Assembly: GCA_026770705.1 (NCBI GenBank)
Contig: JANJGN010000192.1
Span: 372,001-436,000 of the forward strand
Origin: Isurus oxyrinchus
Lineage: Eukaryota
Length of the DNA stretch: 64,000 bases
Reading direction: 5' to 3'
How positions within the stretch are numbered: position 1 is the first letter of the stretch; every line of letters starts with the position of its first letter. A program made the translations under genes and the position numbers. The notes under the pieces were generated by a model. The model was not told the origin of the DNA, did no database searches, and saw only the letters and a list, made by a program, of their open reading frames with translations. Below are positions 61,107 to 64,000 of the stretch, one piece after another.

Positions 61107-64000
61107 TGTCGAGGAGGTAAGTATACTTGTGATGCCAACGGCTTAAATATCATTGCGCGTTCGAAGAAACCACCATTTATATTAGAGAGAATTCTCCAGC
61201 GAGGCTCCTGGGCTGGTTACATCATAAACAATATTAGTTAGGGTTATTTAACAAACAATAAGGAAAAAATGTAGACCAAATATAATGATGATACGAATGT
61301 TTTGACATTTCCTCACAAAAAAGAACAGAACTGCTAGTGGAAATATAGCCAATTTTATCCACGTATTATTAAAGGTGCATACACACTTCAGCTACTGCTC
61401 CGATACAAATATTCTGAAAGCAGATCTAGTAACAGTTATTCGAGGGGATTTTGGCTTTGCAAATTAATTTAAACATTGCGCCTCAAGCCACACGCCATCC
61501 AGACATTGGCATATATGTTTTTTCCGTCATCCTTTCCATCCAAACTCCTTGGAAATAATTTCCAACACGACTAGCCACAACTTTAACGTCTGCAAAAGCT
61601 CAAGAAGAAACAAGTGCTGGCCGGCAACGAGTGATGTTTAAGAAAAGTGGCCTTGCCAATATGAGGCACACCCTTAACACCAGGTTAAAGCAAAAACCTT
61701 GACAAGAGCAATGCCGAAATTGTTCCTGCTTGTTTTAATTCATTATAGTTCATTTAACTTGATATTAGATTTAAAAGGTCGAGCCTGAGGAAGACAGCAG
61801 TAAATGTTCAACACAACAATTTTGGCCAGAGTCTGCAGAACGCATATGTCGCAATTGCGATGAAAATTTCAAAATGGGTTCAGCACTTATAACTAAAAGC
61901 TAAAGTACAGTCAACCAGATATTCGCTTCAAACGTTCATAGTGTTTCCTTCAACTCATATAGCCCATCTGCGTACAGTATTCCATTCAACCCATCTAAAT
62001 TTCTCACTCGACATGATTCCTTCAGCAATCGTTTGCTGGAATAAGGCCTCTGGGTTTCCTGTTTTGTTAATGGTTGTGGGGTTAATACTGACACTAATGA
62101 CATTAACTTGCTCAAGATATGCAGCCGCTGACCCTGATCCCCTCATTCCGCCTCATTTCCAATCCACTCCCACGCAATCAGTTGGTCATCGAGTCGCTAG
62201 CTGGTTATAGCCGATACAGATATCCTCTTACACCACATCTCACCCATTGAATGATCGGCCTCGAGGCCAAATCAGATTGACATTTCCCGATGAGTTCTTC
62301 ATACTGCACTCATGAATATCACATACAGTTTGCAGCACAGAAACGGACAATCGTGCCTGCGCGGGCCAAAGAACAAGTTACCTTGTTTAATCCGACGGTA
62401 TGCCAGTGTGCTGACACGCCTGGTGGGTCTGGCTTGCCTTAAATTTGGTTGTTAATTCGGGGGAGTTGCAAGTGCAAATAACTGAAACATGTTTCCGCCT
62501 AGATCGCAATGAACAACTTTAGGCGTTTTGAGCAAGTTAGAAAAACAGTAAATAAGAGAACAAATATCAGGCCAACTGCCGTTGTCATTTCTGTAATTAT
62601 CTCAGTAACAAACATATAGCGAAGCTGCTTCATGGTGGGAAGAGCTCATTGTTATTTTCCCTCCGCTGGATGTCTTCGTAACAAGATTGTTTGAGAGATT
62701 TGGAACGACAGCAAGTTGCACCGGGAAGCATTGGCTACTCAGCGACCTAATTTATGTCTCAAATACACGTGCAATGAGGACGACTTTGCGCGGTTGGATA
62801 TTCTGTTTCGTTCCTGGCATGTTTCAAAGTATTTAACAGCACGTTAAGAGTTCGTTGTGCAGCTTTTAAAAAAAATCATCACGAAGCAACAAATGTATTT
62901 TGGCCTAGCCAGCAGCTGACTGACTATTAAGAAATATGCTTATGAACTGGCTTTGCTGAGAGAGCAATCGTAAATGAAATGGCTTCCGGCAGCTGCAGTC
63001 ATAAACAGGGGCACAGCAAAATTCGAGCAAAAACAACTCAAATTCAAAATTTACAACACAGGTAAAATTTCGCTAATGGGAAATGTGTGCCGTAAAAATG
63101 TTCGCCCTCAATTATGGCAACTCAGCGTTGCAAGTCCGTTTTTTGTTCCAACATTTCACCACCAACGCATTTCAAAGTAAACTCATAGTTTAATGCACAG
63201 TTAACGTACACTGCAATTGTCTCAATAACAGTCGAAACTTGCGGTTGAGTATAATTCTGCAGATGATAGGATGCACCACGAGGTGGATTAACGTAGCAAG
63301 TTGTGAGTTATCCATCGATTCATTCAACACAGATGGAGGTAATTGGACTAAGCATGCATTCGACCATTTTTAAAATAACCATTCCAATTGGTAGGAATGC
63401 AACTGCCTTGCACCGTTAGCGCTGCTTTTTTTCTATAATCCATGTCGGCGTTTGGACGCTCTCTTAAGTACGTGTTTTCAATTGGCCGTACAGCTCCATC
63501 AACAGGAAGAAGACCCAATGATGTTTGCAGTACTATCGTGATGCATAAAACAAAACTCTGCATTATCCCTCCGGGGTTCAGAATGCTAAGGAATAGCTTC
63601 TCTTCCAGTGAAGGAATTTCTCTTCACCTCAGTCCTAATTTTCGTACTCTTATCCAGACACTGTGGCCACAACGAAACCCCAATCCCCACCCCAGCCGGC
63701 AGTCCCCACCCACCCCAACCCGAACCCCATCCCCAAATTTTGGATTCCCCTGTTAGCAGAAAATATCTCTCAGCCTCTCCCTTGTCAGTCAAGCCCCTTC
63801 AGAATTGTGTATGTCTCGCTCAAATTACCTCTCGTTCTTCCAAACTCCAGAAAATATAGGCCCAGTTAACTCAAGCTCTCATAATAGGACAAGCCTTCCT
63901 GCCAGGGATTAATTTAGTGACCATTCCTTCTAGCGTCTCCACTGCAAACATATCCTTCCAGAAACATGGTCTCGAAAACTGCGCACATTATTACAGATGT

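Overview
Repeat-dominated vertebrate genomic DNA, most likely from a cartilaginous fish (shark). That assignment is an inference from the LINE/SINE/Penelope families and the GPR139-like receptor type. There are two assembly gaps (2733-2879, 12312-12903). Host genes are two convergent GPR139/GPR142-like class A GPCR loci and one tRNA-Gly gene (36216-36287, -). The first GPCR has an apparently intact large coding exon (4122-5020, +). The second is a probable two-exon pseudogene (exon 1 61037-61106, exon 2 54898-55828, -). The rest is a ~10.7 kb 32-bp minisatellite with higher-order duplications, three other satellite families, many CR1/L2-type LINE fragments, Penelope-like elements with hammerhead-like motifs, a Gypsy LTR-PBS-gag remnant, Tx1 fragments and a Deu-type SINE. 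Less obvious items are a decayed viral fusion-glycoprotein (env-like) gene at 13250-14160 (-), a ~1.1 kb element with inverted termini present in about three copies, and an old unexplained duplication at 39.4-42.6 kb. Nearly all long ORFs in the supplied track are repeat artefacts. I see no clear evidence of a complete new biological system. The best leads are the env remnant and the diverging GPR139-like receptor family. All family assignments are from motif recognition by eye, and element boundaries are approximate unless tied to a quoted motif.
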